Positions 1 to 10,172 of a DNA stretch of 64,000 nucleotides are shown here, in pieces (the stretch's first letter is position 1; every line of letters starts with the position of its first letter). Source of the DNA: Elusimicrobiota bacterium (GTDB lineage: Bacteria; Elusimicrobiota; Endomicrobiia; Endomicrobiales; JBDRNC01); the NCBI GenBank assembly GCA_043811535.1, contig JBDRNC010000008.1, positions 68,656 through 132,655 of the forward strand. The letters run 5' to 3'. Made by a program: the position numbers and the translations under genes. The notes beneath the pieces were generated by a model. That model did not search any database and was not told the origin of the DNA. It worked only from the letters and a program-made list of their open reading frames with translations.

Positions 1-768
1 ATCGTCAAAATAGCGGGGGACGGCGTAAGCCGCTTCGATCCAGGCGCCGGCTCCGCCTATCGAACCCGCCAGATCGGCGCCGACGAGCAGGTTTTTCCTG
101 AAATCCGCGAGCATCGCCGTGACATCGACGCCGCAAATGTACATTTTGTCGCGCGCGAAAAAGCTGTTCTCCGAAGGGAGCATATCCCTGCCGAAAACGC
201 AGCCCGCGTCCAGTTCGCTCATGGCGCCGGAAGTATATCTGATCCTCAAAGCGTCCACGCCCGTGCGTTCTTCCTTGTCCAGCTCGTCAAACCTGAAGGG
301 GATGAAGACATCGGTCGGATTAACCGCTTTGGCGCTGCCCCACGCCACGGCCTGCCTGCCGAAATATACGTCCGCGGCGCCGGCTTTATACTTGACGAAC
401 AGCCTGTCAAGGTTCTGATAAACCGCGAAATCTTTCGAATTTCCCGCGAAAGGGGAGTTTATGTCCGAAATCCTGTAGTTGTACGGCTGCGCCCGGGAGG
501 AAACAATGGAGGAGTCGCTTATCAAAGGCGTGATGCTGTACGCGGCGCCGAATGACACCGGGCCCGGGTCTCCGGCTTCGAACTTGATCCTGAAACGGTT
601 GCTCAGGGACATAACCGATTCCTGCGATGATCCGGAAAGCAAAGGTCCTGTAAGGAAAATCTTGTTATAGCCGCCGACCGACACCGCTTCCCCGACCGGG
701 CACAGAGCCGGAAACAAAAGAAAAACCGGAATAATAACTGATCTTAACAGGATTCGATGTAAATTCAT
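1..768 (-). CDS. Putative outer-membrane/exported protein linked to the ABC exporter operon (partial, runs off the window start)
   Basis: Manual translation from ATG 768 gives MNLHRILLRSVIIPVFLLFPALC... (signal-like) and later YQNLDRLFVKY...GRQAVAWGS...NPTDVF, a pattern typical of barrel proteins that follow LolA-like/ABC operons. Not in the ORF track because it is truncated. Confidence 0.7.
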   Translation of the reverse strand, partial: MNLHRILLRSVIIPVFLLFPALCPVGEAVSVGGYNKIFLTGPLLSGSSQESVMSLSNRFRIKFEAGDPGPVSFGAAYSITPLISDSSIVSSRAQPYNYRISDINSPFAGNSKDFAVYQNLDRLFVKYKAGAADVYFGRQAVAWGSAKAVNPTDVFIPFRFDELDKEERTGVDALRIRYTSGAMSELDAGCVFGRDMLPSENSFFARDKMYICGVDVTAMLADFRKNLLVGADLAGSIGGAGAWIEAAYAVPRYFDD

Positions 769-803
769 ATTTTTGCAGTAGAAAAAGGATTTTTTAGCGA
801 ACC

Positions 804-1538
804 CTATATAGGTCTGCCGCTGAAACTCCTGTCCTGGTCGCTTTCTATCTTTCCGTCTTTGAGAGTTATCAGCCTGTTGGCCATATCCATTATCATCCTG
901 TCATGCGTGGAAAATACGAACGTCATGCCGGTTTTCCTGTTAAGACTTTTCATCATTTCCAAAAGCGAGGCGGCGGTGCCGGAATCAAGGTTCGCGGTAG
1001 GCTCATCCGCAAATATCAGGGAGGGGGACGTGACCATCGCACGCGCTATGGCGACCCTCTGCTGCTGGCCCCCGGACAGGCGCACCGGGAGCCTGTCAAT
1101 GTGCTCTGCCATCCCTATCTCTCCAAGTATCTCCGTAATCCTCTTGAGCCTTACTTCCTCATGCACGCCCTGCAGCATCATCACGTATTCTATGTTCTCC
1201 TTGACGGTCAAAACCGGTATGAGGTTGTAGGCCTGGAAAATAAACCCGATATTGTCGCGCCTGAAATCCGAAAGCTGCCTGCCTGTCATCGAGGAAAGCA
1301 AACTACCGTTAAGCCAGGCCTTTCCCGAAGAAGGCGAGTCAAGGCCCGAAATAATGTTTAAAAGCGTGGTCTTTCCCGACCCGGAAGGGCCGACGATCGC
1401 GGTGAATTCGCCCGGCCTTATAACCAGGTCAACTCCGCGCACTGCGTCGACCGCTATGTCGTCGAACGCGTAGATCTTGCCAATGCCTTCCGTTACGATA
1501 ACGCCTTCGTTTCCCTGCATACCCATCTCACCTCCCAC
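804..1538 (-). CDS. ABC transporter ATP-binding protein (LolD/MacB-like)
   Basis: Walker A GPSGSGKTT, signature LSGGQQQRVAIARA, Walker B/D-loop ADEPTANLD. Confidence 0.95.
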   Translation of the reverse strand: MGGEMGMQGNEGVIVTEGIGKIYAFDDIAVDAVRGVDLVIRPGEFTAIVGPSGSGKTTLLNIISGLDSPSSGKAWLNGSLLSSMTGRQLSDFRRDNIGFIFQAYNLIPVLTVKENIEYVMMLQGVHEEVRLKRITEILGEIGMAEHIDRLPVRLSGGQQQRVAIARAMVTSPSLIFADEPTANLDSGTAASLLEMMKSLNRKTGMTFVFSTHDRMIMDMANRLITLKDGKIESDQDRSFSGRPI

Positions 1539-1623
1539 ATATTTTATGAAAGCCCTTAATAGTCTTAATCCGTGTAATCATTTAAAAATCAGTGTAATCA
1601 GAAATTGCATTTTGCAATTTCTC

Positions 1624-2844
1624 TCACATGCTCTTTCTCATTGAATCTACTATTTTCATCCTCGCGGCGTAAAATGCCGGATAGAGCCCCGCCAGCATAG
1701 TGGATACCAGCACCCAGAACGGGTATATTACGAATTGCGAGGGCGTCAATATGGGATATATCAGTTCTCTGAAAGTAATCTTCGCGTATTCAATGCCCGT
1801 GTAGTCGATGCCGGTCTTGGCGACAATCCAGGTGACCGCGAAACCCAGGGCCGATCCGAATACGATGCTTATCAGAGCCAGCGCCCCCGCTTCTAACATG
1901 ATTAATTTTGAAATGCCTAAAGGCCTCGTGCCCACCGCGCGGAGCACTCCGAACTCAAACATCCTTTCGTACAGTGACATGAAAAGCGCGTTTATTATGC
2001 CCAGAGAAACGATAATGAAAAGTATGAGCCCGACGATACCTATGCTCCAATTGGACATATCCATCGCGGCTCTAAGGTCGGGAAGCAGGCGCGTCCAGCT
2101 AACAGCCTCGTTGCCGTCCCGCGAGTACTTGTTCCAGAAATAGAAATTTGCGTCCTGGGCGAATTCCGGGTCCGCGAATTTCACGGCTATCTCATGCACG
2201 CCCGGCCCGATGCCCAGCATCTGCCGGGCCTTTGCGATTCCCGCGAAGATCATCCCTTTCTCCATCTCGTCGCCGTTCGTGGAGAATATTCCGGATATCC
2301 TGAACATCTCCTGGACAAGATCGCCCGTGCCGGCCTGGGAAACCGTCACCACAACCCTGTCTCCCAAACCCGCCTCAAGATCGTCCGCAAGTTTTTTCCC
2401 GATCACTATATCCCGTTCATCGCGACCGGACAAAAACTCGCCTTCAACGATTGACCGCGCTATCACGGAAAGGTTCCTTTCCTTTACCGGGTCCACGCCC
2501 ACGAAACTCACACCGCTCACGTTCGCGGGGGAAGTTATCATGCCGAATGAGAAGGTCCTTGGAGCGTAATACTTCACCGCGGATTCGTTGTCGAGATCCT
2601 GCAGGACCCATCCGAGGCCTTTGATCGTTTTTTCTACTTCCTGGGTCTTCCTGAAATCCGTTTCGTGGATCTGCGCTTCCCCCAGGAATGAGGAGGTCGC
2701 GGATTCTATCATGTTCTTTTCCATTCCCTTTACCAGGGCGTCCACAAATATTAGGGACGCCAGGCCCATCCCTATCGCGAAACCCGCGATAGCGGTGCGC
2801 CGTTTATTCCTGAACATGTTTCTCCACGCAAGCTTTAAGAACAT
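1624..2844 (-). CDS. ABC transporter permease (FtsX/LolE-like)
   Basis: LAWRNMFRNKRRT N-terminus, large periplasmic loop, ERMFEFGVLRAVG motif, C-terminal TM helices. Confidence 0.9.
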   Translation of the reverse strand: MFLKLAWRNMFRNKRRTAIAGFAIGMGLASLIFVDALVKGMEKNMIESATSSFLGEAQIHETDFRKTQEVEKTIKGLGWVLQDLDNESAVKYYAPRTFSFGMITSPANVSGVSFVGVDPVKERNLSVIARSIVEGEFLSGRDERDIVIGKKLADDLEAGLGDRVVVTVSQAGTGDLVQEMFRISGIFSTNGDEMEKGMIFAGIAKARQMLGIGPGVHEIAVKFADPEFAQDANFYFWNKYSRDGNEAVSWTRLLPDLRAAMDMSNWSIGIVGLILFIIVSLGIINALFMSLYERMFEFGVLRAVGTRPLGISKLIMLEAGALALISIVFGSALGFAVTWIVAKTGIDYTGIEYAKITFRELIYPILTPSQFVIYPFWVLVSTMLAGLYPAFYAARMKIVDSMRKSM

Positions 2845-2845
2845 T

Positions 2846-4072
2846 TTAATGAGTCCTCATGGCTTTTGCCGGGTCGACCTTAGCCGCCCTCAAAGACGGG
2901 AAAATTCCGACGATCCCGGCGGTAAAAAGCACCGCGATTGCCGGAATGTAGAAGCTTCTCGCGTTTATTTCTGTATACATCGCGCTGAATTCAACGCCCC
3001 CGTAAGTGAACGCTGTATTCAGGCTTATGCCGTTAAACGAAAAATAGTAATTCAAGGCAAGTCCAGCCGCGGTTCCCAGGATTATGCTGACAAACGACAA
3101 AATGTAAACTTCGTACATGACCAGCAGGAACACCTGTTTCGGCCCCGTGCCGAGCGATTTCAGCAAACCGTACTCTCTCCTACGCTCAAGGACCGACATC
3201 AGAATGGTATTGAGAACGCCCACGGCCACTATCATGATGATGACGAACAGCATTACCCACATGCCCTCCACGTCGGCTTTCATCGCGTTGTAGAAGGATT
3301 TTGACACAACGTACCAGGGTTCAACGGAAAGCCTGTCATTGTCGAGCGCTGAAGCGATGTCTTTTTCCAGCCTTTTGACGTCTTTGATATTTCCGGCTAT
3401 CACCGCGATTTCGTGCGCGCGGTTCTCCAAAACGAGAAGCTCCGCGGCGTCTTTGATATGGAGATAAAAAGCGGCGCGGTCATTCATCTCGTCGCCGCTT
3501 TCCACTATGCCCGAAACCTCGTAGATATCATTCGCGATCGACCCGTCGGAAGCCTGCGAAATTATCACTACCCTGTCCGTCGGGTTCGATTTCAGCATTT
3601 CCGCGAGGCCTTTGCCCAGCAGGACTTTACGGGAAGGTTCCTTGTCTAAAGCCGCGCCCGAAATTATCTTTTTATCGAACCAGGTGGCGCCGTTCTCGAG
3701 TTCCGGGTCTATTCCTATGATCTGGGCCGCGGCCGTCTTCTGTCCGAGCGATGCCAGCCCGGCCGAATACACCCGCGGCGCCCACGCTTCCACGCCTTTC
3801 ACCGAAGCTATCTTCCGGCCTTCCTTATAATAATCGTCTATCGTGTTATACAGGGTCGGCTTATCCAGGTATCCCTTCCCGTGCACCTGGAGATGGCCCA
3901 GCCGGTTGCGCGTGAACATGTTTATGATATAGGAATACGAGCCGTCCGACCATCCTATCGAAAAGGCCGACAGCGTAAACCCGCCGAATATCGTAAGCAG
4001 CGTGAGCAGGCTCCGTCTTTTCTGCCTGAAAACGTTCCTGAACGCAACTTTCAGCAGCATGGAGTTTTTCAT
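2846..4072 (-). CDS. ABC transporter permease (FtsX/LolE-like)
   Basis: AFRNVFRQKRRS, ERRREYGLLKSLG, PSLRAAKVDP; paralogue of the neighbouring permease. Confidence 0.9.
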   Translation of the reverse strand: MKNSMLLKVAFRNVFRQKRRSLLTLLTIFGGFTLSAFSIGWSDGSYSYIINMFTRNRLGHLQVHGKGYLDKPTLYNTIDDYYKEGRKIASVKGVEAWAPRVYSAGLASLGQKTAAAQIIGIDPELENGATWFDKKIISGAALDKEPSRKVLLGKGLAEMLKSNPTDRVVIISQASDGSIANDIYEVSGIVESGDEMNDRAAFYLHIKDAAELLVLENRAHEIAVIAGNIKDVKRLEKDIASALDNDRLSVEPWYVVSKSFYNAMKADVEGMWVMLFVIIMIVAVGVLNTILMSVLERRREYGLLKSLGTGPKQVFLLVMYEVYILSFVSIILGTAAGLALNYYFSFNGISLNTAFTYGGVEFSAMYTEINARSFYIPAIAVLFTAGIVGIFPSLRAAKVDPAKAMRTH

Positions 4073-4074
4073 GT

Positions 4075-4833
4075 TTATTCTTTGGACTGCAGGTTTCTCA
4101 GCGTGAAAACGTCGTCTTTCACCTGAACGTCAAAATCCGCCTTCAGGTACGTGATGACGGTCTTGTGCCCGGCCTTGTTCTGCGGTATCATTTCCATGAC
4201 TGAAGGCAGGTCGCGTTTCCCGAACTTTTTTACCGCGGAAAAATTCAGGACGCGCATGAGTTTTCCTTTCTCGTCAAAATACTCTTCGCTGACGGGTATG
4301 TAATCCTTTTCCCGGACCGCCAGCAGTATCCTGCCCCATACTATCGGCTTGTCCTCTTTAGGGATGAACTCGATGTATATGAGGCCCGCCTTGGCGCCAT
4401 CGGGCGCCGCTAATTTGTAATTGTAGTCATCCACAAGCGAAGATTCCTTGACAAGGTCGTCGTTCGTGAAATCCGAGCCCATCCAGGAACTCATCATCAT
4501 CGAGGGGGGGATCTTTATGACCTTGCCGGCGTTCGGCAGGTAATTCCACATCTCATTGCCTATCCTCAGCGTGGCGACTCCCTTTTCCTTCTGCGGCGAC
4601 AATATCCTTATGAAGGTGTGCGTCGTTCCGCGCCCCCACGCGTCCATGCTGAGCGTCCTCTGCCAGTGGGGGGTCACTATGCTCATTTCTATCCGCGAAA
4701 TATTGGATTTGCTCCGGTACAGGTTGTCAATTTTTTTGACAATCTGCTTTATGTCCGGATTCTCTTTCGGGCCGGCGCAATAACCGGGCGCGGAAAGAAG
4801 TATCAGCGAGAGAAATAACGCGATTCTTTTCAT
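4075..4833 (-). CDS. Outer-membrane lipoprotein-sorting (LolA-like) periplasmic protein
   Basis: Signal peptide; PQKEKGVATL, WNYLP, SWMGSDFTNDD, FTLRNL motifs; first gene of the ABC operon. Confidence 0.85.
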   Translation of the reverse strand: MKRIALFLSLILLSAPGYCAGPKENPDIKQIVKKIDNLYRSKSNISRIEMSIVTPHWQRTLSMDAWGRGTTHTFIRILSPQKEKGVATLRIGNEMWNYLPNAGKVIKIPPSMMMSSWMGSDFTNDDLVKESSLVDDYNYKLAAPDGAKAGLIYIEFIPKEDKPIVWGRILLAVREKDYIPVSEEYFDEKGKLMRVLNFSAVKKFGKRDLPSVMEMIPQNKAGHKTVITYLKADFDVQVKDDVFTLRNLQSKE

Positions 4834-5038
4834 AGGGCCTCTTTTATTCTATTTTATTAAATTTGCAGGACTAACTCAACCGAGCGGGACTGTTATAATA
4901 CTTGCAGATTAACGGTAAATATTCTAAAATATAACACGATTGCGGAAAGAAAGAATACCTAATAAACTCCGCAGCGCTTAACCTTTTAGACAGTCAGCCG
5001 CCCTGCTGATTATTTCACAGCCAAAAGAAGGAGTAAAA

Positions 5039-6559
5039 ATGACGCCCCGAAAAACCGGTTTTGACAATGAGAAGTACCTTGCCGAACAGACTAATTCCAT
5101 ACTTGAACGCGTGAAGAAATTCGACGGTAAGCTTTACCTTGAATTCGGCGGAAAGATAATATACGACATGCACGCCTCAAGAGTCCTTCCCGGATTCGAC
5201 CCCTGCGTCAAGATGAGGCTTTTGCAGAAGCTGAAAGATAACGCCGATATAGTTCTGTGCATATACGCCGGCGATATAGAACGCAAGAAGGTCCGCGCCG
5301 ATTTCGGCATAACCTACGATGCCGACGCTTTGAAGCTTATTGACGACCTGAAGGAATGGGGAATAGAGATTAAGGCCGTCGTGATAACACGGTTTGACAA
5401 CCAGCCGGGCGCCGTGCAGTTCAAAAACAAGCTTGAGAGAAGGAACATGAAAGTGTACCTGCATTACCCGATAGAGAATTACCCGAATGACATCGATAAA
5501 ATAATCAGCGAGAACGGCTACGGCAAGAACGATTACATCGAAACGAGCAAACCGCTTGTCGTCATAACCGGGCCCGGGCCGTGTTCAGGCAAGCTTTCAA
5601 CATGCCTTTCCCAGTTGTACCACGATCACAAAAGGGGGATAAATTCCGGTTACGCTAAATTCGAGACGTTCCCCATATGGAACATCCCGCTCAAACATCC
5701 CGTAAATATCGCCTACGAAGCCGCTACCGTTGACATACGCGATTACAATGAGATAGACCCGTTCCATCTTGAAGCGTACGGGGAAACCGCGATCAACTAC
5801 AACCGCGACGTCGAGATCTTTCCCGTCCTGAAAAGGATGCTTGAAAGGATAACCGGAAAAGAGCCCATGTACAAATCTCCGACGGATATGGGCGTGAACC
5901 GCGCCGGGTTCGGAATTATTGACGACGCGGCGACGCAGGCCGCCTCAAAAGAGGAGATAATCCGCAGGTATTTCAGGTACAGGTGCGAGTATATCATGGG
6001 GCTGACGGACAAGGAAACCGTTGACAGGGCCGAGATGATCCTCAACGAGCTCGGGCTTAAACCGGAAAACAGGGCGGTCGTAGGACCGGCCCGCGCGTCC
6101 GCCGAAGCGGCGCAGAAGGAAGGCAAAGGCAATGAGGGCATATTCTGCGGCGCCGCGTTAGAGCTTCCGGACGGGGAGATCGTGACAGGGAAAAACAGCC
6201 AGTTGATGCATGCGTCTCCGAGCCTTATCCTTAACGCGATTAAAAAACTTGCCGGCATTCCCGATAATATCCACCTGCTCTCGCTGAATATCATACAGTC
6301 CATAGGCGGGCTTAAAAAAGACATCCTCAACAACAAGACGGTCAGCCTTGACCTTGACGAGACGCTCATCGCGCTGAGTATCAGCGCCGCGACGAACCCG
6401 ACGGCCCAGGTCGCGATGGAAAAACTGAAGGAACTGAAAGGCTGCGAGGTCCACATAACCCATATACCGACCCCCGGAGACGACGCCGGGCTCAGGCGTC
6501 TCGGTGTGAACCTCACCAGCGACCCGGATTTCCCGACGAAGAATTTATTCATTTCTTAA
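5039..6559 (+). CDS. DUF1846 family protein
   Basis: GFDNEKY, KLYLEFGGK, DMHASRVLPGFDP, GYAKFETFPIWN, YKSPTDMGVN; SD GGAG upstream. Confidence 0.9.
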   Translation: MTPRKTGFDNEKYLAEQTNSILERVKKFDGKLYLEFGGKIIYDMHASRVLPGFDPCVKMRLLQKLKDNADIVLCIYAGDIERKKVRADFGITYDADALKLIDDLKEWGIEIKAVVITRFDNQPGAVQFKNKLERRNMKVYLHYPIENYPNDIDKIISENGYGKNDYIETSKPLVVITGPGPCSGKLSTCLSQLYHDHKRGINSGYAKFETFPIWNIPLKHPVNIAYEAATVDIRDYNEIDPFHLEAYGETAINYNRDVEIFPVLKRMLERITGKEPMYKSPTDMGVNRAGFGIIDDAATQAASKEEIIRRYFRYRCEYIMGLTDKETVDRAEMILNELGLKPENRAVVGPARASAEAAQKEGKGNEGIFCGAALELPDGEIVTGKNSQLMHASPSLILNAIKKLAGIPDNIHLLSLNIIQSIGGLKKDILNNKTVSLDLDETLIALSISAATNPTAQVAMEKLKELKGCEVHITHIPTPGDDAGLRRLGVNLTSDPDFPTKNLFIS

Positions 6560-6624
6560 TAATAATAAGCAATCAGCAATTATCAATTAGCAATAAATTA
6601 AAACAAAGGCATTAAAATATTACT

Positions 6625-7458
6625 ATGGTAAAGAAAATTGATTCAAAAGAACTTGGGCTTGTGATGGCCATAATCCTGGGCAAATACCTGTTCAAGACAG
6701 ATGACCTCCACTACGGCTACTGGACTCCTGACCTGAAGCTTGACGTGTCAAATATAGTCAAGGCGCAGGACAACCACTCAAACCTCATAATTTCCAATAT
6801 TCCCGGAGGCGTTCAGACCATTCTTGACGTGGGCTGCGGCGCGGGCGCGCTGGCGAAAAGACTGCTCGCGAAAGGATGGCAGGTTGACTGCGTCTCCCCG
6901 AGCATGCTTCTTACGCGGGAAGCAAAAAAGCTTACCGGAGGAAAATGCGGGATGTTCGAATCCGGGTACGAGTCCGTGGAGACCGACAAGAAATACGACC
7001 TTGTCATTTTCAGCGAGAGCTACCAGTATATAAACCTGAAGAAATCCCTGGAACAGACCGCCAGGTTCCTGAAACCCGGCGGCCACATGCTTATATGCGA
7101 TTTCTTTGAAACGGACGCCGAGGGGGAAAGCGCTCTCGGAGGCGGACACAAGCTGGGCGAATTCTACGAAACCGTCAAGAAATACCCTTTCAAGAACGTA
7201 AAGGACATAGATATCACCAAACAGACATCCCCGAACCTCGTGCTTATCGACGATATGCTCAAGCAGATGGGCCTTCCTATATGGGAACTCATCCACGAGA
7301 TGCTCAAAACCAACCACCCGGCGGTATACAAGCTGCTGACATGGAAGTACAGGAAAAAGATAGACAAGATAAACCAGAAGTATTTCAGCGGCGCCAGGAA
7401 CGGGGAAAACTTTGAGAAATTCAAGTCCTACCGCCTGATGCTGTATCAAAAACAGTAA
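6625..7458 (+). CDS. Class I SAM-dependent methyltransferase
   Basis: LHYGYW, ILDVGCGAG (motif I), LKPGG. Confidence 0.9.
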   Translation: MVKKIDSKELGLVMAIILGKYLFKTDDLHYGYWTPDLKLDVSNIVKAQDNHSNLIISNIPGGVQTILDVGCGAGALAKRLLAKGWQVDCVSPSMLLTREAKKLTGGKCGMFESGYESVETDKKYDLVIFSESYQYINLKKSLEQTARFLKPGGHMLICDFFETDAEGESALGGGHKLGEFYETVKKYPFKNVKDIDITKQTSPNLVLIDDMLKQMGLPIWELIHEMLKTNHPAVYKLLTWKYRKKIDKINQKYFSGARNGENFEKFKSYRLMLYQKQ

Positions 7459-7486
7459 TTAGCGATTAGCAATTAGCTATTAGTAT

Positions 7487-7517
7487 TTGACAACATTGCC
7501 GTTATTTGGTATATATT
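7487..7517 (+). promoter_or_regulatory. Sigma70-type promoter for the cob/btu operon
   Basis: TTGACA at 7487-7492 followed after 17-19 nt by a TATATA/TATATT box, just upstream of the riboswitch. Confidence 0.55.
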
Positions 7518-7539
7518 GTTCTGTTATCTTTGACATATT

Positions 7540-7710
7540 AATAGGTTGAGGAAGTTCCGTGACGCTCGAAAGGGCTATTCGGACACTGCCCCGCAACGGT
7601 AAATTAACGACAGCAAGTAGCAATTAGCTATTAGCAATTAGAGTTCTTAACTACTCGCCAATTGCAAATCGCAAATTGCTGTCGTTAAGAGTCCGGTCGA
7701 CAGCCTGTTT
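7540..7710 (+). promoter_or_regulatory. Cobalamin riboswitch 1, carrying an inserted heptamer-repeat hairpin at 7604-7688
   Basis: AGGAAG-TTCCGTG...TTCGGAC-ACTGCCCCGCAACGGT...GAGTCCGGTCGAC core; closing stem AATAGGTTG/CAGCCTGTT; upstream of cobO. Confidence 0.85.
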
Positions 7711-7800
7711 TCAAGCTTTAACCTTCGCGGGAAGGAGTTTTCGTATTTTGCCTCACTTTCCATCCCGGGAAGTGGGGTATATTTATTTTCTGACAATCAT

Positions 7801-7875
7801 CCTCCCTCTTGACGGGGGAGGAGCGAGGTGGGGGTGCCCCCCATCCCAGCCTTCCCCCGTAGAAGGGGGAAGGTG
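7801..7875. repeat. Inverted pair of CCCCATCCC-CCTTCCCC...GGGGAAGGTG palindromic repeat units
   Basis: The same unit recurs at 32712-32747, 60977-61012 and 61032-61066. Confidence 0.8.
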
Positions 7876-7895
7876 AAGGAACAAAGGATATATTT

Positions 7896-8411
7896 ATGCT
7901 AATTATCAACACCGGAAACGGCAAGGGAAAGACAACGGCGGCCATTGGCCAGATGGTAAGGGCTCTTGGGCAGGGTCAGAAGGTCTGTTTTGTCCAGATT
8001 TTCAAGGGCGCGGTATTCTATGGGGAGCAGAAGGTTCTTCAAAACCTGAAAAACCTGGATTTTTACTCTTTCGCGCCCAAACATCCGTACTGTTTCAGGG
8101 GCATCAGCCTCCGGCCGATCAGGCTGGAATGCCAAAAGGCAGTCAAACTCCTGAAAAAAATAGCAAGAGGCCGGAAGAAGTATGATCTCATCGTTCTTGA
8201 CGAGTTTAACATAGGCGTAAGGGACGGCTTTATCGGACTTAAAGCATTACTTGATGTATTAAATAAACTGATTGAAAATACAAATGTAATTATCACAGGG
8301 CGCGGAGCACACAAAGAGCTCCTGAAGCGGGCCGACTTAATCACTGAAATGAAAGAGGTCCGGCACCCGTACAAGAAAGGCATCAAGGCTTCCAAAGGCC
8401 TAGAATTCTAG
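7896..8411 (+). CDS. cobO: Cob(I)yrinic acid a,c-diamide adenosyltransferase (CobO/BtuR)
   Basis: NTGNGKGKTTAAIG, VQIFKG, YDLIVLDE, IITGRGA, ADLITEMKEVRHPY. Confidence 0.93.
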   Translation: MLIINTGNGKGKTTAAIGQMVRALGQGQKVCFVQIFKGAVFYGEQKVLQNLKNLDFYSFAPKHPYCFRGISLRPIRLECQKAVKLLKKIARGRKKYDLIVLDEFNIGVRDGFIGLKALLDVLNKLIENTNVIITGRGAHKELLKRADLITEMKEVRHPYKKGIKASKGLEF

Positions 8412-8447
8412 TTAAGTAGACCGGCACTTAAGTGCCGGTCTACTTAA
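8412..8447. repeat. Perfect 36-bp palindrome (REP-like, GTAG...CTAC)
   Basis: TTAAGTAGACCGGCACTTAAGTGCCGGTCTACTTAA is its own reverse complement. Confidence 0.9.
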
Positions 8448-8467
8448 AGTAATACTTGAAGGAAGTT

Positions 8468-9076
8468 ATGGGTAAACCCCGTTCCAAATCTCGAAGCTTA
8501 GGTCTATCCGCAAAATATTCTACCCCAAAGTGTTCCAATGCAGAAATTTGGAAACGGGGTAAAATTATCTTCATCACTGGCGGCGTAAGGTCCGGAAAGA
8601 GCAAATTAGCCACTGATCTGGCCAAGAAATCAGGCAAAAAGGTGGCATTTATAGCTACTTGCGCCCCCCTTGACCGTGAAATGGAACACAGGATAGGTTT
8701 GCACAAGAGTTCAAGGCCAAAGAACTGGAAAACCATCGAAGAACCCAAGTACCTGCGATCCGCGCTCAAAAAAATCCCATCCGGAACAGGGTCTGTAATT
8801 GTCGACTGCCTTACCTTATATGTATCAAACCTCATACTTTCAGGAAAAACTGAAGAAGAAATACTAAATAACATTGAAAATACAATCAAAATACTGAAAA
8901 AATCAAGATTTACCTCAATTCTGGTCTCTAATGAGGTGGGCATGGGCATAGTTCCGGATAACGAATTGGCCCGTATTTTCAGGGATGTGTCCGGAAAAGT
9001 CAACCAGTTGGCGGCAGCCGCGAGCGATGAGGCGTATTTCATGGTTTCGGGACTGCCCGTTAAAATAAAGGAATAA
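8468..9076 (+). CDS. cobU: Bifunctional adenosylcobinamide kinase/adenosylcobinamide-phosphate guanylyltransferase with a 29-aa in-frame N-terminal insertion
   Basis: IFITGGVRSGKS, YIAT-like FIAT, WKTIEEP, VDCLTL, VSNEVGMGIVP, FRDVSG; start placed at ATG 8468. Confidence 0.93.
   Translation: MGKPRSKSRSLGLSAKYSTPKCSNAEIWKRGKIIFITGGVRSGKSKLATDLAKKSGKKVAFIATCAPLDREMEHRIGLHKSSRPKNWKTIEEPKYLRSALKKIPSGTGSVIVDCLTLYVSNLILSGKTEEEILNNIENTIKILKKSRFTSILVSNEVGMGIVPDNELARIFRDVSGKVNQLAAAASDEAYFMVSGLPVKIKE
8476..8560. mobile_element. TIR-bounded mini-element (CCCCGTT...AACGGGG family), in-frame in cobU
   Basis: ACCCCGTTCCAAAT / ATTTGGAAACGGGGT ends; GGTAAA repeated at both junctions. Confidence 0.75.
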
Positions 9077-9078
9077 AA

Positions 9079-10134
9079 ATGGAACTGCTCCGAAAAACTC
9101 TACAGAACATTGAACCCATAAACGCGGAATTCATGAAATTCGCCCAGAAACGCCTCGATTCGCTCACAAAACCGCAGGGAAGCCTGGGCCGGCTTGAAGA
9201 AACCGCGAAAAAAATCTGCGGGATAACAAGAAAACGTAATCCCCACCTTGACGTCAAGGTGGTCATAACGATGGCCGCCGACCACGGAGTCACCGACGAG
9301 GGCATCAGCGCGTATCCGAAAGAAGTAACGCCCCAGATGGTTTACAATTTCATAAAAGGCGGGGCCGGCATCAACGTGCTCGCGAGGCACATCGGGGCGA
9401 AAGTGATCGTCGTTGACGTCGGAGTGGCCGCCGACCTTGAGCAAAGTGACGGGCTCGTATCGCATAAGGTGGGCTACGGCACCAAAAATATGGCGAAGGG
9501 TCCCGCAATGACCGAGGACGAGGCAGTATCCTGCGTTGAAGCCGGGATAGAAATTGCCCAGGCAGAAATAGAAAAGGGAGCGAATATCATCGGGACGGGC
9601 GATATGGGCATCGGAAACACTACCGCGTCAAGCGCGGTTACCGCCGTGATAACCGGCGCCGACGTCTCCAATATAACCGGAAAGGGTACGGGTATCGACG
9701 ATAAAAAGCTCGAGCACAAGATTTCCGTAATAAGGAAAACCCTTGAAATCAATAAGCCGGACCGGGAAAAAGCCCTGGACGTGCTTTCAAAAGTCGGAGG
9801 CTTTGAGATCGGCGGAATCGCCGGAGTGATATTGGCTTGCGCTTCAAATAAGATACCCGTGGTAATAGACGGCTTCATTTCCGGCGCCGGGGCGCTCATC
9901 GCTTACGCGCTTGATCCGAAAACCGCGGATTACATGATAGCTTCCCACTTGTCCGTGGAGTGCGGCCATAAAACCATCCTGGACCATATAGGATTGAAGC
10001 CCCTTTTTGACCTTGATTTGAGGCTCGGAGAAGGCACGGGCGCCGCGCTCGGCATAGGCTTCTGCGACGCGTCTTTAAAAATATTGAATGAAATGGCATC
10101 TTTTAAAGAAGCCGGTGTGTCCGAAAAACAATGA
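9079..10134 (+). CDS. cobT: Nicotinate-nucleotide--dimethylbenzimidazole phosphoribosyltransferase
   Basis: LTKPQGSLGRLE, AADHGV, GDMGIGNTT, LRLGEGTGA. Confidence 0.96.
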   Translation: MELLRKTLQNIEPINAEFMKFAQKRLDSLTKPQGSLGRLEETAKKICGITRKRNPHLDVKVVITMAADHGVTDEGISAYPKEVTPQMVYNFIKGGAGINVLARHIGAKVIVVDVGVAADLEQSDGLVSHKVGYGTKNMAKGPAMTEDEAVSCVEAGIEIAQAEIEKGANIIGTGDMGIGNTTASSAVTAVITGADVSNITGKGTGIDDKKLEHKISVIRKTLEINKPDREKALDVLSKVGGFEIGGIAGVILACASNKIPVVIDGFISGAGALIAYALDPKTADYMIASHLSVECGHKTILDHIGLKPLFDLDLRLGEGTGAALGIGFCDASLKILNEMASFKEAGVSEKQ

Positions 10135-10172
10135 ACAATTAGCAATTGTCAATTAACAATGGAGGTTTACTT

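Noticed and set aside
5797..7449. Long antisense ORFs (e.g. 5797-6552, 6778-7449 and similar ones elsewhere)
   Set aside because: They are shadows of well-supported genes on the opposite strand and have no recognisable motifs.
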